A stretch of DNA of 25,948 nt. Origin: Planctomycetota bacterium (GTDB lineage Bacteria > Planctomycetota > GCA-002687715 > DRQF01). Below are positions 18,104-25,948 of this stretch, piece by piece; position 1 is the first letter of the stretch; each line of letters begins with the position of its first letter. The position numbers and the translations under genes were made by a program. The DNA lies in contig JALTLO010000028.1 in the NCBI GenBank assembly GCA_027001995.1, positions 1 through 25,948 on the forward strand, read 5' to 3'. The notes below the pieces were generated by a model. It made no database searches. It was not told where the DNA came from and saw nothing but the letters and a program-made list of their open reading frames with translations.

Positions 18104-19369
18104 CTACTTCGCTCTCACTTTGTCTGTGGCAAATTCGCTGTGAAGTTCTTCGGCATTGCTGGCTGTAGCGTCCAGAGGTGTGGCATTGAGAACATTCACC
18201 AAGCGCCGCAAGAGTTGGAGTTCGGCGTCTTCTAAGTTAAAGAAACGCAAGCGAACAACTAAGTCTTGGTTTCCTGGATCAGGGGTTGGCTGAATCCAGG
18301 TTTCGACGATCTCAGCTTTCACTAAGTACTCTTCGCCGTTGCCTCGAATCTGGAAAGGCATGTAAATGAAGATGGATTGCCCTTCTTGAAGAGTATGATC
18401 GGGATCAGCTATGCGTAGGCGGGCTCCCAAGGCACTGAGATCGACCAAATGACAGAGGCGAGAGCTGAAGATGAGCTTCTTGCGTTTCATCAAGTTGGCG
18501 ATTGTGACTTTGTTTTCCCGTTGCTGTTTGGCCAAAAGGTGGTGAGTTGGTTTGTCTTTGCATTCGTGCTGCGATTTGACTTCCGCCAGCGCTGTCAACC
18601 GTTTGTCGAAGAGTAGGCAGGCCAGGGGCGTATTGATGCGGAATTCAAGCCGCTGGTATTCCACCTTGGCGGCAATACCGACACTAAAGGTCCAAAGTCT
18701 GCCATCGGCTGTCGTCTTGAGCGTTCGAGCGAAGATCGATTCGCATCCACCACTGCGATCTAAGTCAACATTTTTGTCGCCCAAACCCACCTCTTGAATC
18801 GTCGTTCGCACGAAGGGGACCACATCGACGGCGTCTTGCCCCACTCGCCGGAGAAATCCTTCCATGACCAAGCGGCCTTTTTCGTTGCGAATTAAGACGG
18901 TTTCGGTTTGCACTAAGTTTTCGAGTCCGGTCAGAGGATGGCGAGATTCTGGGGAGATCCTGAGCCAGCATTCATGGACTAGGCGAGCCAAGGTCGACTC
19001 GTCGTTTTCTACCAATCGCTCCATTTCCGCCGCTATACGCTCTTTTGAATCGAACAAACGATTGGGGTTTTGGCGCAATTCTCTTGAAAGGTAGGGCCAC
19101 CACTTGCCCAAACTCACTTTGTCCAAGCCGAAGCCGTCAATGCCAGCGATTCTCGACCAACGGCGGGCCAAGACGACCCGTCTTATGAGGATCACCGCCA
19201 AGATCGACGCGCAAATGGCCACAGCGTAGATGGCGACATTGGAATCGAGCCCGGCGTCTCCTGCCTCAAAACGAGAATTTACGCCTCGAAGACGCTTGGC
19301 GACGGCGCCTCCTTGGAGAAATATGAATGGCATCTGGATGGGCAAATGAGTCATCAGGTTACTTGTCAC
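18104..19369 (-). CDS. Membrane-anchored PilZ-domain protein (putative c-di-GMP effector)
   Basis: One N-terminal TM (VAIYAVAICASILAVILI), QRLEFR (RxxxR), DLSALG (DxSxxG) and a closing strand VRLRF..L. Start codon uncertain (19369, 19354 or 19333). Confidence 0.7.
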   Translation of the reverse strand: MTSNLMTHLPIQMPFIFLQGGAVAKRLRGVNSRFEAGDAGLDSNVAIYAVAICASILAVILIRRVVLARRWSRIAGIDGFGLDKVSLGKWWPYLSRELRQNPNRLFDSKERIAAEMERLVENDESTLARLVHECWLRISPESRHPLTGLENLVQTETVLIRNEKGRLVMEGFLRRVGQDAVDVVPFVRTTIQEVGLGDKNVDLDRSGGCESIFARTLKTTADGRLWTFSVGIAAKVEYQRLEFRINTPLACLLFDKRLTALAEVKSQHECKDKPTHHLLAKQQRENKVTIANLMKRKKLIFSSRLCHLVDLSALGARLRIADPDHTLQEGQSIFIYMPFQIRGNGEEYLVKAEIVETWIQPTPDPGNQDLVVRLRFFNLEDAELQLLRRLVNVLNATPLDATASNAEELHSEFATDKVRAK

Positions 19370-19565
19370 AAGTTGTTTGAAGCAAAGTGGTTAACGATCC
19401 AACGTTGGGAACAATCGCCGGGAGTAAATACGGTCCCTGACTATGAATCGGCATTATCACTGGGGAATCATGAGAGGATCGAAAGGTGGCCTCGTTCTGA
19501 GGGTAAAGATGTTACCGCCATGGGTGTTTGCTATCTTGCCAGCCAAATACAAAGGAGACTCCTTC

Positions 19566-21710
19566 ATGAAGAAATTCGTCTTATTAACTGCAATCGTACT
19601 CGCTGGTGTTTTGGCCCGCTTGGGGTCAATCACCGCCGATGAGGGCATGTGGGTTCCTCCGGCAATCGGAACTCGATTGCCAATGGAACATTTGAAGAAA
19701 ATGGGCTTTGAGCTGACCCGCGAGCAATTGTGGTCGACAGAAAAGCCAAGCCTTCGCAATGCCTTCTTGCAAATTGGTTCTTTGCCAGCGGATGGCCCGT
19801 TGAGCGGCTTCGGCTCCGGTTCCTTCGTTTCTGATCAGGGATTGGTTTTGACCAATCACCATGTGGCCTTTGATGCCATTGCCGCCTTGTCTTCACCTGA
19901 GAACAATCGCATCAAGAAAGGCTACGCAGCGAAAACGATGGCTGATGAGTTGCCTTGTGAAGGCCTGGGTATGCGCATCACGACGATGTATCGCGATGTC
20001 ACCAAGGATGTTTTGAACGGCGTGACGGCAAAGACAAGTGCCGCCGACCGCAAGAAAATCGTTGAGGCCAACAGCAATGCTCTCACCGAAGCAGCGACGG
20101 CGAAGGGTTTCGAAGATGCCAAAGTCGAGTCTATGCTCTTCGACCAAGCTTACTATTTGGTTGGTTACGAGACCTACCGGGACATTCGCTTGGTCTACGC
20201 CCCGCCACAAATGATTGGCGAATATGGCGGCGACATCGACAACTGGATGTGGCCTCGGCACACGGGAGATTTTACTTATTTCCGTGTCTATGTGGGCAAG
20301 GATGGCTCGCGCAAGACTTACGATGCGGAGAACGTTCCTTTCAAACCTGAAACAAGTTTGAAGGTTTCCATCGCAGGTTACAAGCCTGGGGACTTTAGCT
20401 TTATTATGGGCTACCCTGGGTCTCCCACTTTCCGTCTTCGTTCGTCTTACTCTATTGAGTATCGCGAGCGTTTTGATCTGCCCCGTCAAGTTGCTGGTTT
20501 GAGCAGAATGGCGAATCGCTTGATCAAACAAGGTGAGTCAGATCCAGAAGCCAAGATCAAGAACGCATCTGATCTGAAGTCGATCAACAACACCTTGAAG
20601 AACTACGAAGGCAAGTTGCTAGAGCTTCGCCGCATTGGCTTGGTCAAGAGACTACGAGCAGAAGAAGATGCGATCACTGCCTGGATCAGATCGAATCCAG
20701 AGCGTTTGGCTAAGTATGGCGATGTCTATACCGAAATTGGCAACCTCTATAAGAACTCTGCATTCGAATTCGCTGCCTTGCAATCTTTGATTGGCGCGTC
20801 TGCATCGGGCCTATTCGGAAACCCTCAGCTCAGCCAAATGGCTGGTTCGCTTCCAGAATCTCAAGCCGAAACTATTGCCTCCCAGATCATCGGCCAGCTC
20901 TTTCCTGCTGATCTTGAAGGACAACGAAACGGTCTCAAGAACGCATTGAGCGTCTATTGGGCAGAACCAAGCATGGGGCGCCCAGCGGCTTTGGCCAATG
21001 TTGATACCGATAGTGTGAGCCTTGACAGTTATGTCGCTGAACTTCTCCCTTCGGCTCTCAGTCAGGAGGAAATCGTCGCTCACTTGTCGTCGAATCTTGA
21101 AGGATACGGGCAGTTGAAGAAGCTTGGCGCCTCTGCAATTGAACGCCTTGGAGAGGTTGAGGCGAGAATGGAAGATTTCGGCACGAAGATCCAAGATCTT
21201 CGGGTCAAGATGATGCATGCCAAAGCCGAATACAAGGGATTCAATGCGTCTCCTGAAAGTAACTCGACTTTGCGTTTCACCTATGGCACTATTACCGGGT
21301 ACACCGCCCGGGATGCTGTGGAATACCGTTACTACACCACGGCTGAAGGTATCGTTGAGAAGCACACAGGGGTCGAACCATTTAATGCTCCAGCGAAAGT
21401 TCTGGACTTGATCGCGAAGAAAGATTGGGGCCGTTACGGCGATAGTAAGTTGGGCACATTGCCAATTTGCTTCTTGTCGAATAACGACATCACTGGAGGC
21501 AACTCTGGCAGCCCAATCATGAATGGCAAAGGTGAACTCACAGGTTTGGCTTTCGATGGCAACTACGAAGCTATGACATCTGATTACGCTTTTCGTCCTG
21601 AAGCATCTCGTACCATCAATGTCGACATTCGTTATGTCCTTTGGTGCACTGAGAAAGTATCGGGCATGAGTCGTCTGATTGACGAAATGAAGATTGTTGG
21701 TGGCAAATAG
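19566..21710 (+). CDS. S46-family dipeptidyl peptidase (DPP7 / DAP BII-like)
   Basis: Signal peptide then ADEGMW, TNHHVA (His), DNWMWPRHTGDF (Asp), DITGGNSGSP (Ser) and LAFDGN. ATG at 19566 with AAGGAG (track 19443). Confidence 0.95.
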   Translation: MKKFVLLTAIVLAGVLARLGSITADEGMWVPPAIGTRLPMEHLKKMGFELTREQLWSTEKPSLRNAFLQIGSLPADGPLSGFGSGSFVSDQGLVLTNHHVAFDAIAALSSPENNRIKKGYAAKTMADELPCEGLGMRITTMYRDVTKDVLNGVTAKTSAADRKKIVEANSNALTEAATAKGFEDAKVESMLFDQAYYLVGYETYRDIRLVYAPPQMIGEYGGDIDNWMWPRHTGDFTYFRVYVGKDGSRKTYDAENVPFKPETSLKVSIAGYKPGDFSFIMGYPGSPTFRLRSSYSIEYRERFDLPRQVAGLSRMANRLIKQGESDPEAKIKNASDLKSINNTLKNYEGKLLELRRIGLVKRLRAEEDAITAWIRSNPERLAKYGDVYTEIGNLYKNSAFEFAALQSLIGASASGLFGNPQLSQMAGSLPESQAETIASQIIGQLFPADLEGQRNGLKNALSVYWAEPSMGRPAALANVDTDSVSLDSYVAELLPSALSQEEIVAHLSSNLEGYGQLKKLGASAIERLGEVEARMEDFGTKIQDLRVKMMHAKAEYKGFNASPESNSTLRFTYGTITGYTARDAVEYRYYTTAEGIVEKHTGVEPFNAPAKVLDLIAKKDWGRYGDSKLGTLPICFLSNNDITGGNSGSPIMNGKGELTGLAFDGNYEAMTSDYAFRPEASRTINVDIRYVLWCTEKVSGMSRLIDEMKIVGGK

Positions 21711-21732
21711 CGCTCCAATCTGCCTCTAAACT

Positions 21733-21776
21733 AAGAGACACCGAGGAACTCAACTAGAAGATCCTCGGTGTCTCTT
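21733..21776. terminator. Perfect 15-bp hairpin, probable bidirectional terminator
   Basis: AAGAGACACCGAGGA-N14-TCCTCGGTGTCTCTT between the convergent S46 peptidase and DUF2293 genes. Confidence 0.75.
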
Positions 21777-21800
21777 CTATTACTTGCGATTGTCCGACGT

Positions 21801-22481
21801 TCATTTGCTTTCGAGGGCGAGGAAGAGGGGACAGTTCTTGTTGGGTTTTTCGCCTCGACGATAATCATCGAGTAGGTCTCGGGATCGCTCAGCGAACATT
21901 CTTCTGATCTCTCGACGCCGACCTTTTATCCGGGGGATGTGCATGGAGTCATAGGCCGTCGTCTGGTGTCTCAACCAAGCGATCACCGCCGCTTCAGCTC
22001 TGTCATTCACCGGTATCCGTTTGGTGCGTGCCACAGTCCCACTGCCCACGGGGGTCGCATGGGTACTTACCAAAGCGGCCAACTTTTCTTCTAAGTCTCG
22101 GAAGCGACTGTCAAAGTTTAAGTAGTCGCGAACGTGACGGTTGAATTCTTCAACGTAGGCATTTTGTGCCTTCTTACGGCGGGCCTTTGCTTGAGCTTGG
22201 CGCTTGCCATGAGCTGGATCACTTCGTTCAATCTCAAGCTCTCTCATGATCGATTCAACACGCTGGGATTCCGCCCAGATACCTTGTGAGAAGGTGCGAC
22301 GGCCTTTCCTTTCTTGGACAACCCAAGTAGGTCCGGATTTCTTGAGCCTGCGGGTGAGGGCCGCATCTCCAGGAGCTACCAAAACCCAACCTGGGGGAAC
22401 GGCTATGATTTTTCCTACGGCGTTGCGCACTGAACGGGGGGCGGGGCCTGGGGCGACCTGCTTGGATTCGAAATCATTCAT
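21801..22481 (-). CDS. DUF2293 domain-containing protein
   Basis: GDAALTRR, GRRTFSQGIWA, HATPVGSGTVART and AVIAWLRHQTTAYD are recognisable DUF2293 motifs. Confidence 0.85.
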   Translation of the reverse strand: MNDFESKQVAPGPAPRSVRNAVGKIIAVPPGWVLVAPGDAALTRRLKKSGPTWVVQERKGRRTFSQGIWAESQRVESIMRELEIERSDPAHGKRQAQAKARRKKAQNAYVEEFNRHVRDYLNFDSRFRDLEEKLAALVSTHATPVGSGTVARTKRIPVNDRAEAAVIAWLRHQTTAYDSMHIPRIKGRRREIRRMFAERSRDLLDDYRRGEKPNKNCPLFLALESK

Positions 22482-22597
22482 ACAGCGATCATAATGCCAA
22501 GTCGGTACACCGACGACCGCATGAGCATCGGTATTCGGTCGAATGCTCTACTCCTCAGACCCGAAGACTCTTCAGATTGTCCGGAAGCAAGGGGCTG

Positions 22598-23911
22598 TTA
22601 GAGCAGGAAATGAGCCAGGGCGAAGCCCGTGCCCAAGGCGATGGCGTATCCGAGTACTTTTTTCATGAGTTGGGTCTTGGTGTCTTGTGGTGCTGCCACG
22701 AGACGAAGGCGAAATGCTAGGGGGGTGGCTGCTTCGGCCCGGTGACGCCGCAGGATTGATCTGCGTACTTGAGGTTTCAAGAAAGACGAAGACTTGGAAT
22801 GGACTTGGTGCGTAGCTGGTTTTCTGCCTGCCAAAAGAGCCACCAAGTCGAGGAGTAGCTCCTCGTAGCTTTGGTACCTAGCCCCCCGATTTTTAGCCAT
22901 CATCCGATCCAACACCAAAATCGTGTCATCGGAAATGGAGTCCACGAGATCTTGGGGGTGGGTGAGTTGAGATTGTGCCTTGAGGGCTAAGACCTCGTAG
23001 GCCGTATCGGCTTCGAATGGTTTGATGCCTGTCAGGAAGTGAAGAAGGGTGGCTCCTAAGGCATAGATATCCCCGCGGAAATCGACCTCTTCTCCTCGCG
23101 CTTGCTCAGGAGACATATAACTTGGAGTACCAACGATCTTGCCCGAATCTGGGTTGAGATCCCCAAGCTCTTGGGCATCCTCCCTGATCTGCGCAAGGCC
23201 CAAGTCTGTGACTTTCAAGCGCCCGGTCAATGCGCCACCACTGGCATCTTTCGCGGCTTCGGATGTGAGCATCAGGTTGGCTGGCTTCACATCGCGGTGG
23301 ATGATTCCATGAGACAAGGCGTGGCTGAGGCCAAGGACTGCGTCACGAATGAGAGCGATGGCTTCTCGCTCCACCATGCGTCCTTTGTGAGCAATGAGCT
23401 CGGCACCATCGCGTCCTTCCACATACTCGATGGCTAAGTAGAACCGTCCATCCACTTCGCCATAGTCATAGGCCGTCACGATATTGGGGTGATTGAGGCG
23501 GGCCACTGCCATGGCCTCTCGTTTGAATCGGCTGACAAATTCCGCATTCCCTTCTCGGCTTGGCCTTAAGACTTTGAGAGCGACGACACGTTGCAAGCGT
23601 TCTTGGATGGCTTGGTAAACAACTCCCATACCTCCTTGTCCCAGGCTTCCTAAGATGGAGTACCCAGGGATGAAACCACAACGGGATTCCTCCACGGTCG
23701 AATTAATCGCTAGCCCGTTTCGGGACAGAAGATCAATCTCACTGGATACTTCGTTGTCACCACTCTCTTTGCTGTGATCAATGATGACAGTTCCAGACGC
23801 ATCCAACTCTTCTTGGGTCATCAGCCGCGTTCTGAATCCTGTGAACGCGGTGGCAACGGGGGCATCGCCGCTGTCAGTATTGTTGTTGGCAGAAAGGGGG
23901 CGCTGACTCAT
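22598..23911 (-). CDS. Hanks-type Ser/Thr protein kinase with a C-terminal membrane anchor
   Basis: LGQGGMGVVY, VALK, HRDVKPANL, DLGLA, GTPSYMSPEQ and DIYALG, ending in a hydrophobic C-terminus. Confidence 0.95.
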   Translation of the reverse strand: MSQRPLSANNNTDSGDAPVATAFTGFRTRLMTQEELDASGTVIIDHSKESGDNEVSSEIDLLSRNGLAINSTVEESRCGFIPGYSILGSLGQGGMGVVYQAIQERLQRVVALKVLRPSREGNAEFVSRFKREAMAVARLNHPNIVTAYDYGEVDGRFYLAIEYVEGRDGAELIAHKGRMVEREAIALIRDAVLGLSHALSHGIIHRDVKPANLMLTSEAAKDASGGALTGRLKVTDLGLAQIREDAQELGDLNPDSGKIVGTPSYMSPEQARGEEVDFRGDIYALGATLLHFLTGIKPFEADTAYEVLALKAQSQLTHPQDLVDSISDDTILVLDRMMAKNRGARYQSYEELLLDLVALLAGRKPATHQVHSKSSSFLKPQVRRSILRRHRAEAATPLAFRLRLVAAPQDTKTQLMKKVLGYAIALGTGFALAHFLL

Positions 23912-24062
23912 GGACGTAAATCGAACCTATGGGGCTTTCGGCGACATGAGAGTTCCTCATGGTCACAGGGCCTGACGTAATTTTCGAACACAAAACTGGC
24001 ATCCCTTTCTTCGGTTTCTTTTTGCCTGTGTCTTAATAGTTAGGAAAAAAGTTCCTGGATAT

Positions 24063-24299
24063 ATGAAATTTGTCGATTCGCCATGGAGAATTAGGCGCAT
24101 ATCGGGGTGATTGGGTTATTACTCGATTGAAACTGTGGGACGCCCAGTCGTCGGCGTGAAGCAAAAGGAAGTGATTTGTCATGCTCGGGGGGATGCGGTT
24201 GGTTTCTACGAGGGGTGCGGATTCGCAACTGAGGGCGAGCCCTTTGAAGAAGTCGGCGTTGAGCATTTCCGCGTGAGGTTACCTGTAGCTCCTGCTTAG
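24063..24299 (+). pseudogene. Relic of an ElaA/YjcF-type GNAT acetyltransferase
   Basis: The 24111-24299 frame holds the C-terminal signature CHARGDAVGFYEGCGFATEGEPFEEVGVEH. The N-terminal half is missing, with possible remnants in other frames (WRIRRIS, AYRG). Confidence 0.6.
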
Positions 24300-24444
24300 C
24301 CCACAGCGCCACCGAAATTCTGGCTATTGGATCGTGATCTGAATTGCGTTCGAAAGCGCAATTCCTGAGCTTTGGGCGGTCGGTATGACGAACTGAAAAG
24401 TCCCGAGGATTCCCGTGGGCAAACTCGGCACAGTGAATCCAATG

Positions 24445-24660
24445 GAGTGTGTTTGCGCCTAGCGGCCCTCCCAAGCTGTCGGAATGCACGAAATACTTGA
24501 ATGTTGGGATGCTGTTTGAGACGGCACTCAGATCGAGGCAGGGTGTTCTGAGATTCACCACAGGATGGTTACCTTGGCTGTCAACATACAGGTAATTCAA
24601 TCCGCTGTGGGGCGAGTTCGGCCCCCACAGTGTAGCCGGGTTGCTGCCCTCTGAATCAAG
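24445..24660 (-). pseudogene. Fragment of a MAM-domain-like extracellular protein
   Basis: Extending the 24600 frame upstream gives ...WGPNSPHSGLNYLYVDSQGNHPVVNLRTPCLDLSAVSNSIPTFKYFVHS, resembling the MAM pattern GP..H..G.YLY..S...L.SP..DLS....F.Y. No signal peptide or good start, and similarity fades after about 70 aa. Confidence 0.5.
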
Positions 24661-24729
24661 GGGGGATAGGCTTTTTGCCGATACTCTGAGAGGTTCCTCT
24701 AGACATTGAATCTCACTTGAGTGTTCCCC

Positions 24730-25218
24730 ATGAAGAAGAAAATCCTAAGCAGTCTGCTCTTACTCGCTACAATTGTCGTGGCCACTGCTGCCAAACTCGC
24801 AAGTGAGCCGAGGTTCATTGGCAACTTAGGCGATTTAGCGAGGCCAGCTTCCATGACCGTCCAGTTCGGGGAGGTTGGTGACGCAGTCTTCGAAGAACTT
24901 CAAGTCACGAGGAGTAGGATCAAGTGGAACCTGACTGTCGACATAGATGTGAAAGCGATCGCTGCCCAAGATAAAACTCTGGTTCGGGTTGTTCTTTGGG
25001 GTGGCGCTGATCAAGATGGTGATGGCCAAGTTGGTCTTGGTGAGTGGATCTTACTTGGTGAAAGCGAAACTGTGAGAATTGAAGAAGTCTCCGTTGCGAA
25101 ATTCAAGGCAACTGGAGTAGGAATGTATAGCGTCTATTGCGTGCAACGATATGGCGCCACCGGCAAAACCTGGACCAACTCCGTTGGCACAGCGGACTAT
25201 GACGACACCCCTGAGTGA
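24730..25218 (+). CDS. Secreted hypothetical beta-rich protein with an EF-hand-like loop
   Basis: Signal peptide MKKKILSSLLLLATIVVATAA and DQDGDGQVGLGE (DxDxDGxVxxxE). ATG at 24730. Confidence 0.7.
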   Translation: MKKKILSSLLLLATIVVATAAKLASEPRFIGNLGDLARPASMTVQFGEVGDAVFEELQVTRSRIKWNLTVDIDVKAIAAQDKTLVRVVLWGGADQDGDGQVGLGEWILLGESETVRIEEVSVAKFKATGVGMYSVYCVQRYGATGKTWTNSVGTADYDDTPE

Positions 25219-25437
25219 TGTCACGAGCCTCCGGCAGCAAACCTGGAGTCGTTTACTAAGGCAAGGTTGTCGTCTTTGTAAGCCAATGGTGGCTATATTT
25301 TCTTCCTCTTTCTCGGTCTTTTGGCACCATGAAATTGGCAGAAAACTCTGCTTCAAAAGTAACCAAATGACCCAGTTTTGACCCCCTCAAAATCTATGAT
25401 GCTGATTCAGGTTTAGCTCTCTAACCGGAAGAATCAC

Positions 25438-25948
25438 ATGAGTATTGTCCCCAAATCTCAAGACGAAATCCCAGCCGTTCACCTACGTTTTGGCCTTGAT
25501 GCCCATGAGTTGGAAGGGACTCTTCTGCTTCACAATCGGAGCAGTGATGTGGCCCGCCGCGCTTTGGCTTTTTATCTTCATGACATGCAAAGCCGTGGTC
25601 TTCACCAAGCCCTTGGCTTTGTCAGTGCTGTTCAATTTGCTCGGCAACGATTGGAGATGAGCAGAAGACTGGCCCGCACCTCAATCACCGTGGGTGCAGC
25701 TTTGCAAGAACTACCTCTCATTGATGAAGCGTTTTGCCAAAGCAGTATTTCTTGGTCGAAAGTACGCTTGTTGGTGAAGATCGCCACACGAGAAAATGAA
25801 AAGGCCTGGTTAGAGAGGGCTGCCTTGGTCTCTTGCGAGCGTTTAGATCTGGAAGTTCGGGGCTCAGAAGCAGGAAGGCCACCCAGAGAAGATGGCAAAG
25901 GTGTGCCCACGGTTAAGTTCAAATTTTCTGCCAAGCTCGCGCCTTTGG
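25438..25948 (+). CDS. DUF222-type (REP13E12 / HNH-associated) protein, 5' part only
   Basis: Manual translation from ATG 25438 is open to the window end: ...LHQALGFVSAVQFARQRLEMS...LQELPLIDEAFCQSSISWSKVRLLVKIATRENEKAWLERA..., the typical DUF222 pattern. Absent from the ORF track. Confidence 0.78.
   Translation, partial: MSIVPKSQDEIPAVHLRFGLDAHELEGTLLLHNRSSDVARRALAFYLHDMQSRGLHQALGFVSAVQFARQRLEMSRRLARTSITVGAALQELPLIDEAFCQSSISWSKVRLLVKIATRENEKAWLERAALVSCERLDLEVRGSEAGRPPREDGKGVPTVKFKFSAKLAPL

Noticed and set aside
23200..23215. DLG instead of DFG in the Ser/Thr kinase as a sign of inactivity
   Set aside because: DLG is a common active variant, and the catalytic Lys, HRD and Asn are intact
25445..25934. 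Track ORFs 25445-25660 (+) and 25632-25934 (-)
   Set aside because: Both overlap the better-supported DUF222-type frame starting at 25438
1..25948. CRISPR array, tRNA/rRNA, transposase or integrase
   Set aside because: No regularly spaced repeats, RNA gene signatures or recombinase motifs seen by eye

Overview
Bacterial chromosomal window. Gene content (DUF2293, a Hanks-type kinase with DLG, an S46 peptidase, a DUF222-type protein) suggests Planctomycetota; this is inference only. From left to right: a truncated membrane-anchored ORF, arfB and a TMTC/GT-C-like membrane glycosyltransferase on the minus strand. Next is a two-component pair: a RegB-like membrane kinase with a GGxxNP motif and an NtrC-family sigma-54 activator. 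A candidate enhancer and -24/-12 promoter then precede a tightly packed seven-gene redox operon (6265-11971): outer-membrane beta-barrel, lipoprotein monohaem cytochrome c, exported cytochrome c, membrane CuA cupredoxin, ferritin/rubrerythrin-like di-iron protein, NapH/MauN-like 4Fe-4S membrane protein and a CuA-cytochrome c fusion. The operon has no haem-copper oxidase subunit I and no NosZ, and is the most interesting system here: a possible quinone-redox-regulated, envelope-spanning electron conduit that I cannot match to a named pathway. Downstream are a degenerate GatZ/KbaZ-like protein, sahR/samR-metH with candidate operators, a membrane PilZ protein, a DPP7-type S46 peptidase, a hairpin terminator, DUF2293, a Ser/Thr kinase, two decayed gene fragments (GNAT and MAM-like), a secreted EF-hand-loop protein and the 5' part of a DUF222-type gene. 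All family calls come from motif recognition by eye; no searches were run.
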